This document shows, in pieces, positions 1 through 10,512 of a stretch of 64,000 bases of DNA (its first letter is position 1; every line of letters begins with the position of its first letter). Below the pieces are notes generated by a model, which was not told the DNA's origin, searched no databases, and saw only the letters and a program-made list of their open reading frames with translations. The position numbers and the translations under genes were made by a program. Source of the stretch: Polyangiaceae bacterium (GTDB taxonomy: Bacteria > Myxococcota_A > Polyangia > Polyangiales > Polyangiaceae); contig JBDTJC010000241.1 of the NCBI GenBank assembly GCA_039936055.1, forward strand, positions 882 to 64,881, in the 5' to 3' direction.

Positions 1-156
1 TACAGCGGCACGCACCCATTCGACAGCAATCCTTCTGTGTTTGCCAGTGCGAGTATCCCCGCTGCAGGCGGCAACGGCGGCCAACTCGGAGCTGAGCCCA
101 ACTGGGGTCCGAGCGGTGCTCCGGGCGCGGCGCTCTCCGAGTACGAACAAAAGTAA
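1..156 (+). CDS. 3' end of a Gly-rich hypothetical protein (runs in from before the window)
   Basis: Frame 1 is open from base 1 to TAA at 154-156: YSGTHPFDSNPSVFASASIPAAGGNGGQLGAEPNWGPSGAPGAALSEYEQK*. Confidence 0.55.
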   Translation, partial: YSGTHPFDSNPSVFASASIPAAGGNGGQLGAEPNWGPSGAPGAALSEYEQK

Positions 157-440
157 CCGCGCCGCGCGCTTCCCCTTAAAGCGCACGATTTCATGGCCAC
201 AGCCGCCGTTCCCGCCAAAACCTCTCACTCTCGGGCTCTTCCTCCGCGAAAGCTCAGCACCCGCGGGGCGCGCGCGCAGGAACTGGGGTCATCGTTTCCC
301 ACACGTTTCTCCGCAGCCTGCGCGAAGGCCATCGGTTCGGCCTTGCTCGGCAGAGAAACTCGGCCTTTGACGCTCGACAACCTTGACGCGCCCGCGGCGC
401 GACGTTGAGGTGCGCGAACCGAACGGGTGGGGTGAGTTTC

Positions 441-671
441 GTGAAGCAGAAGTATTGGTTTGCGCTCGGCGTGGCGGTGGTTGGTGGCATGCAATCCGGC
501 GCAGGCACCACGTTCAGGACGTGCTCGGAGCCTCGCCGCTGTGCGGCCACGAGCGCCGGCGCGCCGGACGAAAATGCCGCCCCAACATTCTTAGCAACTG
601 ATCCGCGCTGGCGACCGATCAGGGCCGAAACGCGCTGCGCCACTGTGGTTGCCGCAAGAATTTTACTTTGA
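441..671 (+). pseudogene. Probable remnant of a lipoprotein N-terminus, paralogous to the downstream gene
   Basis: VKQKYWFALGVAVVGGMQ..FRTCSEPRRCAATSAG aligns by eye with MTPRCWLIVGVAAVGAAQ..FESCNDTRTCATSAAG of 690..2714; the lipobox Cys is missing and the ORF is short. Confidence 0.4.
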
Positions 672-689
672 AGCGAAGGGCTACGGATC

Positions 690-2714
690 ATGACTCCTCG
701 GTGTTGGCTGATTGTTGGGGTGGCGGCAGTGGGCGCGGCGCAGCTGGCGGCGTGTTCGTCGCAGTTCGAATCGTGCAACGACACTCGGACTTGCGCGACG
801 AGCGCGGCGGGCAATGGGCAGGGTGAGGCCGGCGCGGCTGCGAGCGCGGGCAGCGCCGGCAAAAGTGCGAGCGGCGATGCTGGAGCCGCCGGTCGTCAAG
901 ACGATGTCGGCGCCGGCGGTGACCTGAGCGGCGTGGGCAGTGTCGGCGGCGATGGCGGGGGCGCCGGGGCCGCGGCCACTCAGCCCAAGTTGTTTGGAGC
1001 TTGCGACGCAACGGGCAAGACCGTGTGTGAAGGCGCGGCGTCCGCCGAGAGGTTGTCTTGCGACGGATCGAAGTGGCAACCGGGGGCAACTTGTCCGGTA
1101 GGCGCGCTGTGTGACACGAGCTCCGGCGCGTGCGCCAAAATAATTCCGGAGTGTGCGACCGTGACGCCAGGTGACAGTGCGTGTCGAGGCGACAAGCTGT
1201 TCAGCTGCGGTCCGGACTTAGTGACCACGGACGCGGGCATGACCTGTGACGGCGCGTGCGCAAACGGCGCCTGCCAGGCACCAGCGTGCGGTGATCAGAA
1301 GGTCGAGGCGGGCGAAGAGTGCGACGACCCAGTTGCGACCGCGTCCGGTGCGTGCGTGAAATGCAAGACCACGACAGTTTGCGGTGACGGCGCCGTGTAC
1401 GTTGGGCACGAGGAGTGCGATGACGGCAACACCGCCGCCGGTGACGGGTGCAGTCCGACCTGCCACTGGGAGGCGGTTGACGTGGTCGCTGGCGGCACCT
1501 CCACATGCGCGCTGTCTGCGGGGGGCCAAGTGAAGTGCTGGGGCGATAACATCCAGGGCGCACTTGGTCAGGGTGACACGGCGGACCGCGGCGTCTTGCC
1601 CGGTGAGCTAGGCGATGCGCTCAAGCCCATCTTACTCGGGACCAATCGCACTGCGACGAGTATCTCAGTCGGAGTCAATGCCGCGTGCGCGGTGCTTGAT
1701 GACGGTAGCCTGAAGTGTTGGGGCGCCAACCCTTTCGGCCAGCTGGGTGCCGGCTATACAAGCGGGCAGGGTGACGATCCCAATGAGATGGGTGACCACC
1801 TCGCGGCGATCGCGCTCGGCACTGGCCGAAGTGCGACTTCCGTCAGCGAAGGCGGCTACCACACTTGCGCCGTGCTGGACGACGGGGAAGTAAAGTGCTG
1901 GGGCAGCGGTTCTTCCGGTCAATTGGGTCAGGATAGCTCGGTGGACGTTGCGTCCCCCGCATCTTTGCCCGGGGTGGCTTTGGGGCTCAAGGCCAGCACG
2001 GTCAGCGCCGGCACGAACAACACCACGTGCGCGTTAAGCGTTGATGGGGCCGGCAAGTGCTGGGGTTATTGGGGAGATGGCGCCTTATCGGTCAGCGGGT
2101 TCGACAGTCTGGGTGGTGATAAGTATGCCGTGGGGGATTACTCGGGAGAAATGGCGATACTGCCTCCTCTCAATATCGGCACGCGCATCCAGGCGCTGGG
2201 TGCCGGCGCGCTGAGCAGCTGCGCTCTTTTGGTGGACGGGAACGTGAAGTGTTGGGGGCGGATAGCGCTTGGCCAGGGCGACATTGAACCCCATGGCACC
2301 GCCCCGGCGGACTTGCCGTCCGTCCCTCCCGTGTTGTTGGGCCGTGGTCGCACGGCCCGGTCCATCAGCGTGGGTGAGTTCCACGTCTGCGTCGTGCTCG
2401 ACGACGGGGGCGTCAAGTGCTGGGGCAATAACGCAAGCGGTCAACTCGCTGTCGGCAGCACCAAGACCATCGGTGACGGATCCGATGAAGTCGGTGACGC
2501 GCCCGGTGAAATGGGGGACAATCTGGCGGAAATTCCGCTCGGCAAGAAGGCGCTCAAAGTGAGTGCCGGGCGCCAACACACCTGCGCTCTGCTCGAGGAC
2601 GCCAGCGTCGTGTGCTGGGGCCTGAACCACAAAGGACAGCTCGGCCTCGGGAATACGGATCCGGTTGGCAACGCTCCGGGGTTCATGCTCAAGGCCGTCG
2701 ACCTCAAGTTCTAG
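690..2714 (+). CDS. Cys-rich lipoprotein with Myxococcus cysteine-rich repeats and a C-terminal RCC1/BLIP-II-like beta-propeller
   Basis: Lipobox LAAC, Gly/Ala linker, CGDG..EECDDGN..GDGCS repeat, about 7 repeats of the HTCAVLDDGxVKCWGxNxxGQLG type. Confidence 0.9.
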   Translation: MTPRCWLIVGVAAVGAAQLAACSSQFESCNDTRTCATSAAGNGQGEAGAAASAGSAGKSASGDAGAAGRQDDVGAGGDLSGVGSVGGDGGGAGAAATQPKLFGACDATGKTVCEGAASAERLSCDGSKWQPGATCPVGALCDTSSGACAKIIPECATVTPGDSACRGDKLFSCGPDLVTTDAGMTCDGACANGACQAPACGDQKVEAGEECDDPVATASGACVKCKTTTVCGDGAVYVGHEECDDGNTAAGDGCSPTCHWEAVDVVAGGTSTCALSAGGQVKCWGDNIQGALGQGDTADRGVLPGELGDALKPILLGTNRTATSISVGVNAACAVLDDGSLKCWGANPFGQLGAGYTSGQGDDPNEMGDHLAAIALGTGRSATSVSEGGYHTCAVLDDGEVKCWGSGSSGQLGQDSSVDVASPASLPGVALGLKASTVSAGTNNTTCALSVDGAGKCWGYWGDGALSVSGFDSLGGDKYAVGDYSGEMAILPPLNIGTRIQALGAGALSSCALLVDGNVKCWGRIALGQGDIEPHGTAPADLPSVPPVLLGRGRTARSISVGEFHVCVVLDDGGVKCWGNNASGQLAVGSTKTIGDGSDEVGDAPGEMGDNLAEIPLGKKALKVSAGRQHTCALLEDASVVCWGLNHKGQLGLGNTDPVGNAPGFMLKAVDLKF

Positions 2715-2777
2715 GCCGCCGAAGTGGGGATTCAATGGACGAGGGCGCGTAAGGCCTTCACGTCCGTTCCTCTTTTG

Positions 2778-4502
2778 TCAGTGCTCCGCGAACACCGTCG
2801 CCAGGTACTTCTTCGTGAAGCGTTTGAAGGCTTCGGTAGCCATGGTGTCGTACAGGTCTTGGGCCGTCGTGGTGTCGGTGATTGTCTTCAAATCGGGTGC
2901 GCGCCACACCGAGAGTTTGAAGGTGAGGGGGTCGGCGTCGCCCGGGATTTCGAAGGAGGCGCGGCCGATCATGCCGATGCCGGATAGCGCGAGACGCGGC
3001 CTGCGGCTGTTGAATGCGCCGGACATTTCGGTGTGATAGGTGATGAGCAGGGTGGGGACGGTCGGTTTCGGATCGGCGGCGGCCTCCCAGCTAGGCGCGG
3101 GCTTTGCGCTGACGAGATCTGGCGGCAGGTGCTCACTGAGCTCCGCAATGATCGCGGAGGCGATAGCGGCTTCACGCGGTGCTTCGTGGGCCACGTCGAA
3201 AAACTGGCCTGGGAGCGACTTTTCACCCGTGAAGTAGGCGCTTCGCCGGAGGGCCTTTTCGGCCGTTGCCAGGGTTTCGGTGGGCTTCATTTGGAAGCGC
3301 ACGAGGACCTCCGGGCCGTGTTTGGCGGTGAAACGCAGCAGGCGTTCCATGAACAGCAGCAAGTGGCTCTGGTTGGGCGCGAGCGCGGGCTTGAGCTGGG
3401 CGAGTGCGCTCTGAATGCGCGCGTCGATCGCTTGCTCGAGCGCGGGCACCAAGAAAGGGTAGCGCGCGTAGCGCGTGCCGAACTCCTTCAGCGCGGTCAA
3501 GGTGCCGGCGGCTTGTGCGGCCGCGAGCTCCTTCATCAGCACTTGCTGCAGCGCGGCTTCGACTTCGGATCCGATTTTTGTTTGGGGGTGCGTGTCACGG
3601 AATTGCTCGACTGCGGCAACACCGTTGGTTCGCAGCGCGTCGCGCAGCTCCGTGCGAGGCAGAAGCAAGGCTTCCACGTCTGCGTTGCTGCCGCCGCGTG
3701 CGAGGTAAGCGCGATACGTTTGCGTGTTGTCGGCAGCGCGTGCTGCGGCGTACAGGCGCCGCTCACTCAACGAGTTTCGAACTCGCCAGGTGGCGCCGCC
3801 CAGGAGCACCCCCACAACCAAAGCCAAAAACGGCCAGATTTTGACCCACAAGGGCACTGCCTTGCGCAGTGATTCTATGGGCGAAAACGGGTTTTTGAAG
3901 CCGTTGTCCAGGAGCGGGTCGACCAGCGATTGCTCGCGCGCGCTGGAATCAGGACCGGAGTTGGCTAGGCGATCGCGGAGCTCGCCGATCGTGCGCGCGG
4001 CAAGCGCTGCGCCTGCGGCATCTCGAGTGGGGAACTCGAAGGTAGCGCCGCGCATCGCCACGCGTAGGCAGCGGCGTGTGTTGTCTGCCTGTGCTTCGGT
4101 CTGCTCGGACACGCGATGCACGGCAAACTGCGGCGTGCGTGCATCGATCACGCCGACCGGAAACAGATACAACCCGGGCCGATACGGCACTGCATGCGCG
4201 CTCACGTGGCGCGCCGCTGCCTTTAAGAACGCGAATGCGGACAACGCAAAGAGCCCAGCGTGCACGGCGCAAAACCACACCGGAGTCAGCGCGTAACGGC
4301 TGCCCAAGTCCCCAAAGCCAAGCCGCAGGCTAAGCATGGCTCCGATCAAACCCGCGAGGCCGAACAGGCACCAACCAAGCACCGCCGAGTCACGAGCCAG
4401 CGGGCGAACCGCGAGTGGCACGGGCGCTGCGGCGCCCTCCGTGGACGCCACGAAGCGCTCTTGGATCGAGCGCTGAAGAGCCCAAAAATCCACCTTATCC
4501 AT
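2778..4502 (-). CDS. Hypothetical membrane protein (about 3 TM segments, helical C-terminal region)
   Basis: Long ORF with GC-biased codon usage; ATG at 4502 overlaps the upstream MutS-like stop by 8 nt. Confidence 0.8.
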   Translation of the reverse strand: MDKVDFWALQRSIQERFVASTEGAAAPVPLAVRPLARDSAVLGWCLFGLAGLIGAMLSLRLGFGDLGSRYALTPVWFCAVHAGLFALSAFAFLKAAARHVSAHAVPYRPGLYLFPVGVIDARTPQFAVHRVSEQTEAQADNTRRCLRVAMRGATFEFPTRDAAGAALAARTIGELRDRLANSGPDSSAREQSLVDPLLDNGFKNPFSPIESLRKAVPLWVKIWPFLALVVGVLLGGATWRVRNSLSERRLYAAARAADNTQTYRAYLARGGSNADVEALLLPRTELRDALRTNGVAAVEQFRDTHPQTKIGSEVEAALQQVLMKELAAAQAAGTLTALKEFGTRYARYPFLVPALEQAIDARIQSALAQLKPALAPNQSHLLLFMERLLRFTAKHGPEVLVRFQMKPTETLATAEKALRRSAYFTGEKSLPGQFFDVAHEAPREAAIASAIIAELSEHLPPDLVSAKPAPSWEAAADPKPTVPTLLITYHTEMSGAFNSRRPRLALSGIGMIGRASFEIPGDADPLTFKLSVWRAPDLKTITDTTTAQDLYDTMATEAFKRFTKKYLATVFAEH

Positions 4503-6123
4503 GACTCGCCCCCCGTTTGCGTGAGCGCGCTCGCTCGACCAATTCACGGAGCGCCTCGCGCGTTACGCCCAGGCGCTCCGCGGTGCGCTTCGCCAACGAC
4601 GTCGTTGCCACACCCGGCACGAATCCGTACGTCGGATTCTCCTGCGCATCGAGCTCGACTTGCAGGAACTCCAAGCGCGCGACGGGGCGCTCGCGTTCGA
4701 GCCTCGAGGCAAACTGTAGGAAGTGCGTCGTGATGAAGGCTTGCGGCTCGAGGTCTGCCAAGAGCGACACCACGAGCTCGAAGATGTCCTCGCCTTCCGA
4801 GGGATTTGTGCCGGAACAGAGCTCGTCCAAAATCACCAGGCTGCCGAAGGAGAGCTGCTCGAACATGCGCCGGATGCGCAGCAATTCAGTGCCCAGGCGC
4901 CCCTCACGTTGGTCCGAGCTGGCCTCGTGGGAAAGTGACACGAACAGCCCGGAGCGGGCTTGCAGCGCGGCACGTTTGGCGGGCACGAACGACCCCGCCT
5001 GGCCGAGCAACTGAGCGAGCGCCACCGCCTGCAAAAGCCGGGTTTTGCCGCCCGAATTGGGCCCAGTGATCACCACCAACGCGCCCGCCGCGGCGTCAAT
5101 GTTGCAAGTCTTGGGCGGTTTGTCTTCGAGCAAGAGGAACGGATTGAACAGCTCCTGAAGCTCGGTGCGCGCGTCTGGGTTGCTGTGCAGCTCGGGCAGG
5201 CACATCGCTAGGCCGTTGCTTGCGGCGACTTGCTTCAGTGACAGGCTTGCCAGGTAGAACTCCATGTCTACCAGCAATTGAAACAGCGAGAGCACACAGT
5301 CTTGAACGCCGTCGAACGCGGCGTTCGTCAGACGACCGATCAGCTCGGCTTCGCGGAAACCATACCCTTGCAGCCACAAAGTGAGCTTCGTCAGCAGGCG
5401 ACCGAAGCGCGTGCGGTAGAACGGGTTCTCTTGGTTCTCCGTGGTGCGTACGATCTCGAAGCTGCGCAGCTCCCCGTCGAAGCCGACTTTGACGCGTAGC
5501 TCGACCGTGGCGCGCTCGTTCTCGTGCTCGAGCAGATTCACGAGTGTCTCGTAAGCTGGTATTTTGCGCTGTTCGGCGGCAAATGCGCCGATGCGTGAGA
5601 GCCCCGAGCCGGAGTCGGGGAATGCCGACGCGAGCTCGTCGAGCAGTTCGCGTACGCTGCGCAGGATGTCCACGCGTCGTCCGATGGCGTCGTAGCGGTT
5701 CCCGCGGTCCGGTGCTTCGAGCTTGAGCACCAAGATACGGATCTTTGCCGCGAGGCGGCCGAGTTCTCGCGCGCGTTCCGGGTGGGCGACGAGCTCTCGC
5801 AAGATCTCGTGTCGGAAGCGGGTCACGCTCGGATCACGCGGCGGATGCGAGATCAAACGCAGCAGGTGTGCTCGCTCGGGGAGGTACTTTTCACCGCCGA
5901 CCGTGAACGACAAACAGCGCGTCACGAAATCGCTCAGGAACAGTTCTCGGGCGAAGCATTCGCTGGAAAAGTCAGTGGCGCCGAACTCTGCGCGTTCCCA
6001 GATCTTGTTGAAGACTTCCGCCGTGCCGCCCGTCGCGAAGGCGAATGTGAGGGCTTCGCGCAGCGCTCGGGCATCGAGCCTGCGCTGCGGCTCCGGATAC
6101 AGCAGGTCCGGGACTGCGGTCAT
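4495..6123 (-). CDS. MutS-related ATPase (domain V, without the mismatch-recognition domain)
   Basis: Walker A ITGPNSGGKT, Walker B ILDELCSGT, TTHF and SLAxRTAERLG motifs; 542 aa is too short for canonical MutS. Confidence 0.85.
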   Translation of the reverse strand: MTAVPDLLYPEPQRRLDARALREALTFAFATGGTAEVFNKIWERAEFGATDFSSECFARELFLSDFVTRCLSFTVGGEKYLPERAHLLRLISHPPRDPSVTRFRHEILRELVAHPERARELGRLAAKIRILVLKLEAPDRGNRYDAIGRRVDILRSVRELLDELASAFPDSGSGLSRIGAFAAEQRKIPAYETLVNLLEHENERATVELRVKVGFDGELRSFEIVRTTENQENPFYRTRFGRLLTKLTLWLQGYGFREAELIGRLTNAAFDGVQDCVLSLFQLLVDMEFYLASLSLKQVAASNGLAMCLPELHSNPDARTELQELFNPFLLLEDKPPKTCNIDAAAGALVVITGPNSGGKTRLLQAVALAQLLGQAGSFVPAKRAALQARSGLFVSLSHEASSDQREGRLGTELLRIRRMFEQLSFGSLVILDELCSGTNPSEGEDIFELVVSLLADLEPQAFITTHFLQFASRLERERPVARLEFLQVELDAQENPTYGFVPGVATTSLAKRTAERLGVTREALRELVERARSRKRGASHG

Positions 6124-6139
6124 GCGGTTCGGCGTCGAA

Positions 6140-6747
6140 TCAGAGGGAGGCGGCGCACGTATTCTTGTTCACCGAGCACGCGGGGCATTTGCAGCAGCCT
6201 GTGTAGACCAGGTTACCGCCGCAATGATCGAGGCAAATGTTGGCAATGAGACACTCGCCGCAGCCGCTTCCATTGAGGCCGCCTGCTGATTGGGGCGTGA
6301 CGGCCGAGCAACCCGCAGCGCCGGCGCCGCTCGGACCGCCCGCATTCGCGCCGCCACCGCCGACGCCAGTGGTGCCCCCAATGCCCGCGCCGCCTTTGCC
6401 CGCACGCCCTTGCCCGCGCTGCCGCCGACACCGGTTGTCCCGCCGGCGCTCGCGCCGCTGGCGTTCGAGCCGCCTGTGCTCGCACCGCTCTCGCTGTTCC
6501 CACCCGAACTAGAACCTGCGGAGTGCGCGCCGGCCGCGCCTGCGCCGCTGTGGGCGCCCGAGCCGGCGCTCCCGGTGCCCGCGTCGGGCGCTCCGCCGTG
6601 TTGCGCGGAGCCGCTCGCGCCGGCTGCAGCGCCTGCCGAGCCGTCCTCCGAAGCGGTGAACGCACTTGAGCAGCCGAAGCACACGACGAGCGCACTGAAA
6701 CCCAGAGAAACGCTACTCTTTATGGGGAGGCGCCGGGTGTGACCCAT
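6140..6747 (-). pseudogene. Frameshifted Gly-rich lipoprotein with a Cys-rich C-terminal domain
   Basis: Lipobox CFGC and Gly/Ser linker; adding one G near 6405 restores GGAGKGGAG...CGECLIANICLDHCGGNLVYTGCCKCPACSVNKNTCAASL* ending at TGA 6140. Confidence 0.7.
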
Positions 6748-6839
6748 GGCTTGGAGCGTACCACGCAGGCCGACCGATTCGGCAACGGGCATCCGTGTGC
6801 AACGGTCAGCGTATGGAGCTCGTGCGGACCGCTGCACTG

Positions 6840-7664
6840 TCATTTTTGGCGGTCGCTGCTCGGCCAGCCGATCTCGCGCGCTGTTTCGACACCCACGCCC
6901 AACTCAGACACTGACTCTGGGGGGCGCTCGAGGCCCGGAGCGAGCACGAGGTTGCGGGTCATGACCTCAGCGTAGCGCTGGGGGTACAGAGGCACGCGGC
7001 GCGGTTCGACGAGCCCGGCGGGGATCAGCGCGCGGCCGGCCGTGTCGTATTTGTCGCTGGCACCGAGGGTGTGCAGAAACTCGTGGGTGACCACGAACAA
7101 CGCGAGATCCACGACCGTTGTGTCGAGGTCGATGCGCGCCACGCCGACTCTGCCGCCGAGCTCACTCGAGCCCTCGACCCAGTTGCGATTGGCATCCTGC
7201 GGCGCGCGCACGAGCACGTAGATGCGTGAATCGAAGCTGCGCCCCGGCAAATTGCAGCCTTCATCCACTGCGCGCGTCCACCGCCACTGCTCGTAGGCAT
7301 GACGTGCCAAGCTGGAAAGCGCGCCGTCCGGATCGGGGGGTGGTGCTCGATCGACGGTGACCGGGCCGAAGACCGTGAATTGGACCGGGCGCGCCAGGCG
7401 GCCTCCATAACGGTGATACTCGCTCGCTAAGCGCGCTTCGAGTGCCGGGAAGCGTGCGCGCAACGCTTCCACCGCGTGTGGATCGACTTTACCGAATTCG
7501 ACAAGTGCGACCGCAACCTCGACAGGGCGTTCCCATTCCGTGCGCGCGCGGCGCGAATGAATGTCGTAAAGGGCCCAAAGTACCGTGATACCGAGCAAGC
7601 CGAGCAATGTCGTCAGGCGTAGACGCGATGCGCCACGGTGCCGCGCTCGGACGCTAATTGCCAT
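6840..7664 (-). CDS. Membrane-anchored putative zinc metallopeptidase
   Basis: N-terminal TM; HEFLHTLGASDKY (HExxH) motif. Confidence 0.75.
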   Translation of the reverse strand: MAISVRARHRGASRLRLTTLLGLLGITVLWALYDIHSRRARTEWERPVEVAVALVEFGKVDPHAVEALRARFPALEARLASEYHRYGGRLARPVQFTVFGPVTVDRAPPPDPDGALSSLARHAYEQWRWTRAVDEGCNLPGRSFDSRIYVLVRAPQDANRNWVEGSSELGGRVGVARIDLDTTVVDLALFVVTHEFLHTLGASDKYDTAGRALIPAGLVEPRRVPLYPQRYAEVMTRNLVLAPGLERPPESVSELGVGVETAREIGWPSSDRQK

Positions 7665-7750
7665 ATCGGGTTGGCCTGAGCATGTCCGAGCATAGCGCGC
7701 CCCGACACTCCGCTTCTCAAAATACCCATTGTCGCGTAATGTAGTGGCAA

Positions 7751-9451
7751 GTGGACGATCGGAAGTCGGGACCGCCAGCGGATGGTGCTTTGCTACGCGC
7801 GGAGGCCCACGAGCCGTCTGAAGCGGAGGCGTTTTTGGACGCTGTGTTCGAGCACCTTCCGCACATGGTCTTCGTGAAGGACGCGGAGCGGCTCTCGTTC
7901 ATCCGCTTCAACCGCGCCGGGGAAGAGTTGCTCGGCATGCCGCGCAGCGCCCTCTTGGGCAAAACGGACCACGACTTTTGGCCGCCCGAGCAGGTTCAAC
8001 ACTTCGTGCGCAAGGACCGCGAGACCTTGGCCGGCGGGAAGCTGGTCGAGATCGACGAGGAGCCGATCCAAACCGCGCGTGGCCAGCGCTGGCTGCGCAC
8101 CAAAAAAATCCCCCTGTTGGACAAAGCGGGCGTGCCGCGTTTCCTACTCGGCATTTCCGAAGACATTACGGACAAGAAGCAGCTCTACGAAGAGCTGCTG
8201 CGCACGCGCGCGGAGCTGGAAGAGCGCGTGCTCGCACGCACCGCACAGCTCTCCCAAGAGATCGCGGATCGCAAGCAAGCCGAAGAGGCCCTCCAGAAGA
8301 GTCAGGACCAACTCCGCCAAGCGCATAAGATGGAAGCCGTTGGCGTTTTGGCGGGGGGCGTGGCCCATGATTTCAACAACCTGCTGACCGTGATCAGCGG
8401 TTACGCTGCCGCGCTGCTCAACGATGGTGAAACCTCGTCGGCCGTCCGCGAGGACGTGTCGCAAATCAATAAAGCCGCCGAACAAGCGGCCATGCTTACC
8501 CGGCAATTGCTAGCGTTCAGCCGCCGACAAGTGCTCAAGCCGGAGGTGTTGGATCTGAACGTGATCATTTCCGACCTGGGCATGATGCTGAGGCGCCTGA
8601 TCGGCGAGGACATCCAGCTGAGCGTGTGCCTTTCCGCTCGTCCCGCGCTGGTCAAGGCGGATCCTGGGCAAATCGAGCAGGTGATCCTCAACTTGGTGGT
8701 CAACGCTCGGGACGCCCTCGAAAACGGTGGTCAGATCTCGATCGAGTCGGCGCACGTGGAAGTGACGGAATCCGGGCGCGGGGCAGGGCGGCGCAGTGTG
8801 ATGCTGTCGGTCGGGGATACCGGCCTCGGCATGAATGAGGAAACGCGCGCGCGCGTTTTCGAGCCGTTCTTCACGACCAAAGAGCGCGGTCGCGGGACGG
8901 GGCTGGGACTCGCGACGGTGTACGGCATCGTGCAGCAAAGCGGCGGCACCATTTCGGTGCACAGCGAACCGGGCTTCGGCTCGACCTTCAAGGTCTACTT
9001 GCCCGTCACCCACGAGGCGCCGAGCGTGCAAGCTTCGCCCGCTGACTCGGAGTTCCCTGCCAGCCACAGCATTTCCGTGCTGCTCGTGGAGGATGAAGAG
9101 CTCGTGCGCTCGGTGGCGCGGCGCGTGCTTCAGCAACACGGCATGCGTGTCGTGGAGGCAGATTGCCCAGCCAAGGCGCTGGCGATCTTTCGCCAACGCC
9201 CGGATGACTTCGAGGTGGTGGTGAGCGATGTCGTGATGCCTGGCATGAACGGGCCGGCAATGGTGGAAGCGCTGCTGCTGCTCAAGCCGGGGCTGAAGGT
9301 CTTGTTTATGTCCGGCTACACGAACGACGCCCTCGTGCATCAGGCGGTCGTGGAGCGCGGCTTCGTATTTCTGCAGAAGCCCTTCGTGCCGAAGGAACTG
9401 GTACGGAGGGTGCAGGAACTCGCTGCGGCGGCAGCCGCGGGAACGCGCTGA
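7751..9451 (+). CDS. PAS-domain hybrid sensor histidine kinase/response regulator
   Basis: PAS, H-box [18 protein letters not shown], GxGLGL, receiver LLVEDE..SDVVMP..KP. Confidence 0.95.
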   Translation: MDDRKSGPPADGALLRAEAHEPSEAEAFLDAVFEHLPHMVFVKDAERLSFIRFNRAGEELLGMPRSALLGKTDHDFWPPEQVQHFVRKDRETLAGGKLVEIDEEPIQTARGQRWLRTKKIPLLDKAGVPRFLLGISEDITDKKQLYEELLRTRAELEERVLARTAQLSQEIADRKQAEEALQKSQDQLRQAHKMEAVGVLAGGVAHDFNNLLTVISGYAAALLNDGETSSAVREDVSQINKAAEQAAMLTRQLLAFSRRQVLKPEVLDLNVIISDLGMMLRRLIGEDIQLSVCLSARPALVKADPGQIEQVILNLVVNARDALENGGQISIESAHVEVTESGRGAGRRSVMLSVGDTGLGMNEETRARVFEPFFTTKERGRGTGLGLATVYGIVQQSGGTISVHSEPGFGSTFKVYLPVTHEAPSVQASPADSEFPASHSISVLLVEDEELVRSVARRVLQQHGMRVVEADCPAKALAIFRQRPDDFEVVVSDVVMPGMNGPAMVEALLLLKPGLKVLFMSGYTNDALVHQAVVERGFVFLQKPFVPKELVRRVQELAAAAAAGTR

Positions 9452-9456
9452 GCGCT

Positions 9457-9786
9457 TCAGTTCAGATTCACGCCGACAATCTTGAACCACAGTGAGCGCG
9501 TGGTGCCGCATTGCCGGCAGCGCAGCCTGGTTTCACGCAGTCGAACGCCGCGCTGAATCAACGCCGCGTGTTCCGTCACTTCTTGTGCGCCGCCGCACAG
9601 CGGACAGGGCACGCTAGTCGCGTGCGCCTCGATCACTGCGGCGGACGTGGCGTCTAGCGCGCGCTCCGGCTGCCCGCCGGGTTCCAAAGTAAACAACCGC
9701 TCACGATCTGCTTGCAAGCGCGACTGGGCGCGTTCCTGCTCGCGGCGCGCGGTTCGTTCGCTTCGTTTCGGGCGGCGCTTGGCCAT
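9457..9786 (-). CDS. Small zinc-ribbon hypothetical protein
   Basis: CPLC...CRQC pairs, basic N-terminus; 9 nt downstream of udk. Confidence 0.7.
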   Translation of the reverse strand: MAKRRPKRSERTARREQERAQSRLQADRERLFTLEPGGQPERALDATSAAVIEAHATSVPCPLCGGAQEVTEHAALIQRGVRLRETRLRCRQCGTTRSLWFKIVGVNLN

Positions 9787-9795
9787 CGGCTCGAC

Positions 9796-10440
9796 TCACA
9801 CTCCATCGAGTAAGTAGCGCAGGCGGCCCACGATGACATCTAGCGCTTGAGCGTTTTGTCCGCCTTCCGGCACGACGAGGTGCGCGTGTTGCTTACTCGG
9901 TGCGACATGCAGCAGGTGCATCGGTCGCACGCTCTTGTAGTATTGCTGTTCGACCGAGTGCAGGTCACGGCCGCGGTCGACGGTGTCTCGCCGGATCCTA
10001 CGCAGCAGGCGAATGTCGTCGTCCGTATCGACGAACAGCCGTAAGTCGAACAGCTCGCGCAATGCTGGTACGGCAAACAGCAAAATACCTTCGACCACGA
10101 TCACGTGGCGCGCGGGAACGGGGAGCGTTTCGGGGCGGCGGGTGTGCGTCGCGAAGTCGTACTGCGGGCACTCGACCGCGCGGCTTTGCCGCAGCTCGTC
10201 CAAGTGCTGAGCGAGCAGCGCATTGTCCAGGGCCGCGGGCTCGTCGTAGTTGATCGCCTCGCGCTCGGCGGGCGTGTAGCCGGTGCGATCCAGGTAGTAC
10301 CAATCGTGCGAAACCAGCGTCGAGCCCTCGCCCAAGGCTTCACCGATCTTCCCGGCGAGGGTCGTTTTGCCGCTGCCCGTGCCGCCCGCGATGCCGATCA
10401 GCAAGGACCGGGAAGAGCCGACGTGGAACATGCTCTTCAT
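9796..10440 (-). CDS. udk: Uridine kinase
   Basis: IGIAGGTGSGKTT, NYDEPxA, YDF..HTR, VVEGIL, RRIRRD..RGR, PSKxHA motifs; GAGGGGG before the ATG. Confidence 0.93.
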   Translation of the reverse strand: MKSMFHVGSSRSLLIGIAGGTGSGKTTLAGKIGEALGEGSTLVSHDWYYLDRTGYTPAEREAINYDEPAALDNALLAQHLDELRQSRAVECPQYDFATHTRRPETLPVPARHVIVVEGILLFAVPALRELFDLRLFVDTDDDIRLLRRIRRDTVDRGRDLHSVEQQYYKSVRPMHLLHVAPSKQHAHLVVPEGGQNAQALDVIVGRLRYLLDGV

Positions 10441-10512
10441 CCCCCTCAGTATACTATCGGTCAGGGCCGAGACTTGCCCTGACCTGCCCGATGGTGGAAT
10501 GGTACGCGACTG

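Noticed and set aside
6169-6843. 224-aa ORF as listed in the track
   Set aside because: Its C-terminal half is the out-of-frame reading after a frameshift; it is reported instead as 6140..6747.
8510-9511. Long antisense or alternative-frame ORFs (also 17940..18851, 26962..27951, 31836..32816, 61576..62520)
   Set aside because: They shadow well-supported genes, are expected at high GC, and lack recognisable motifs.
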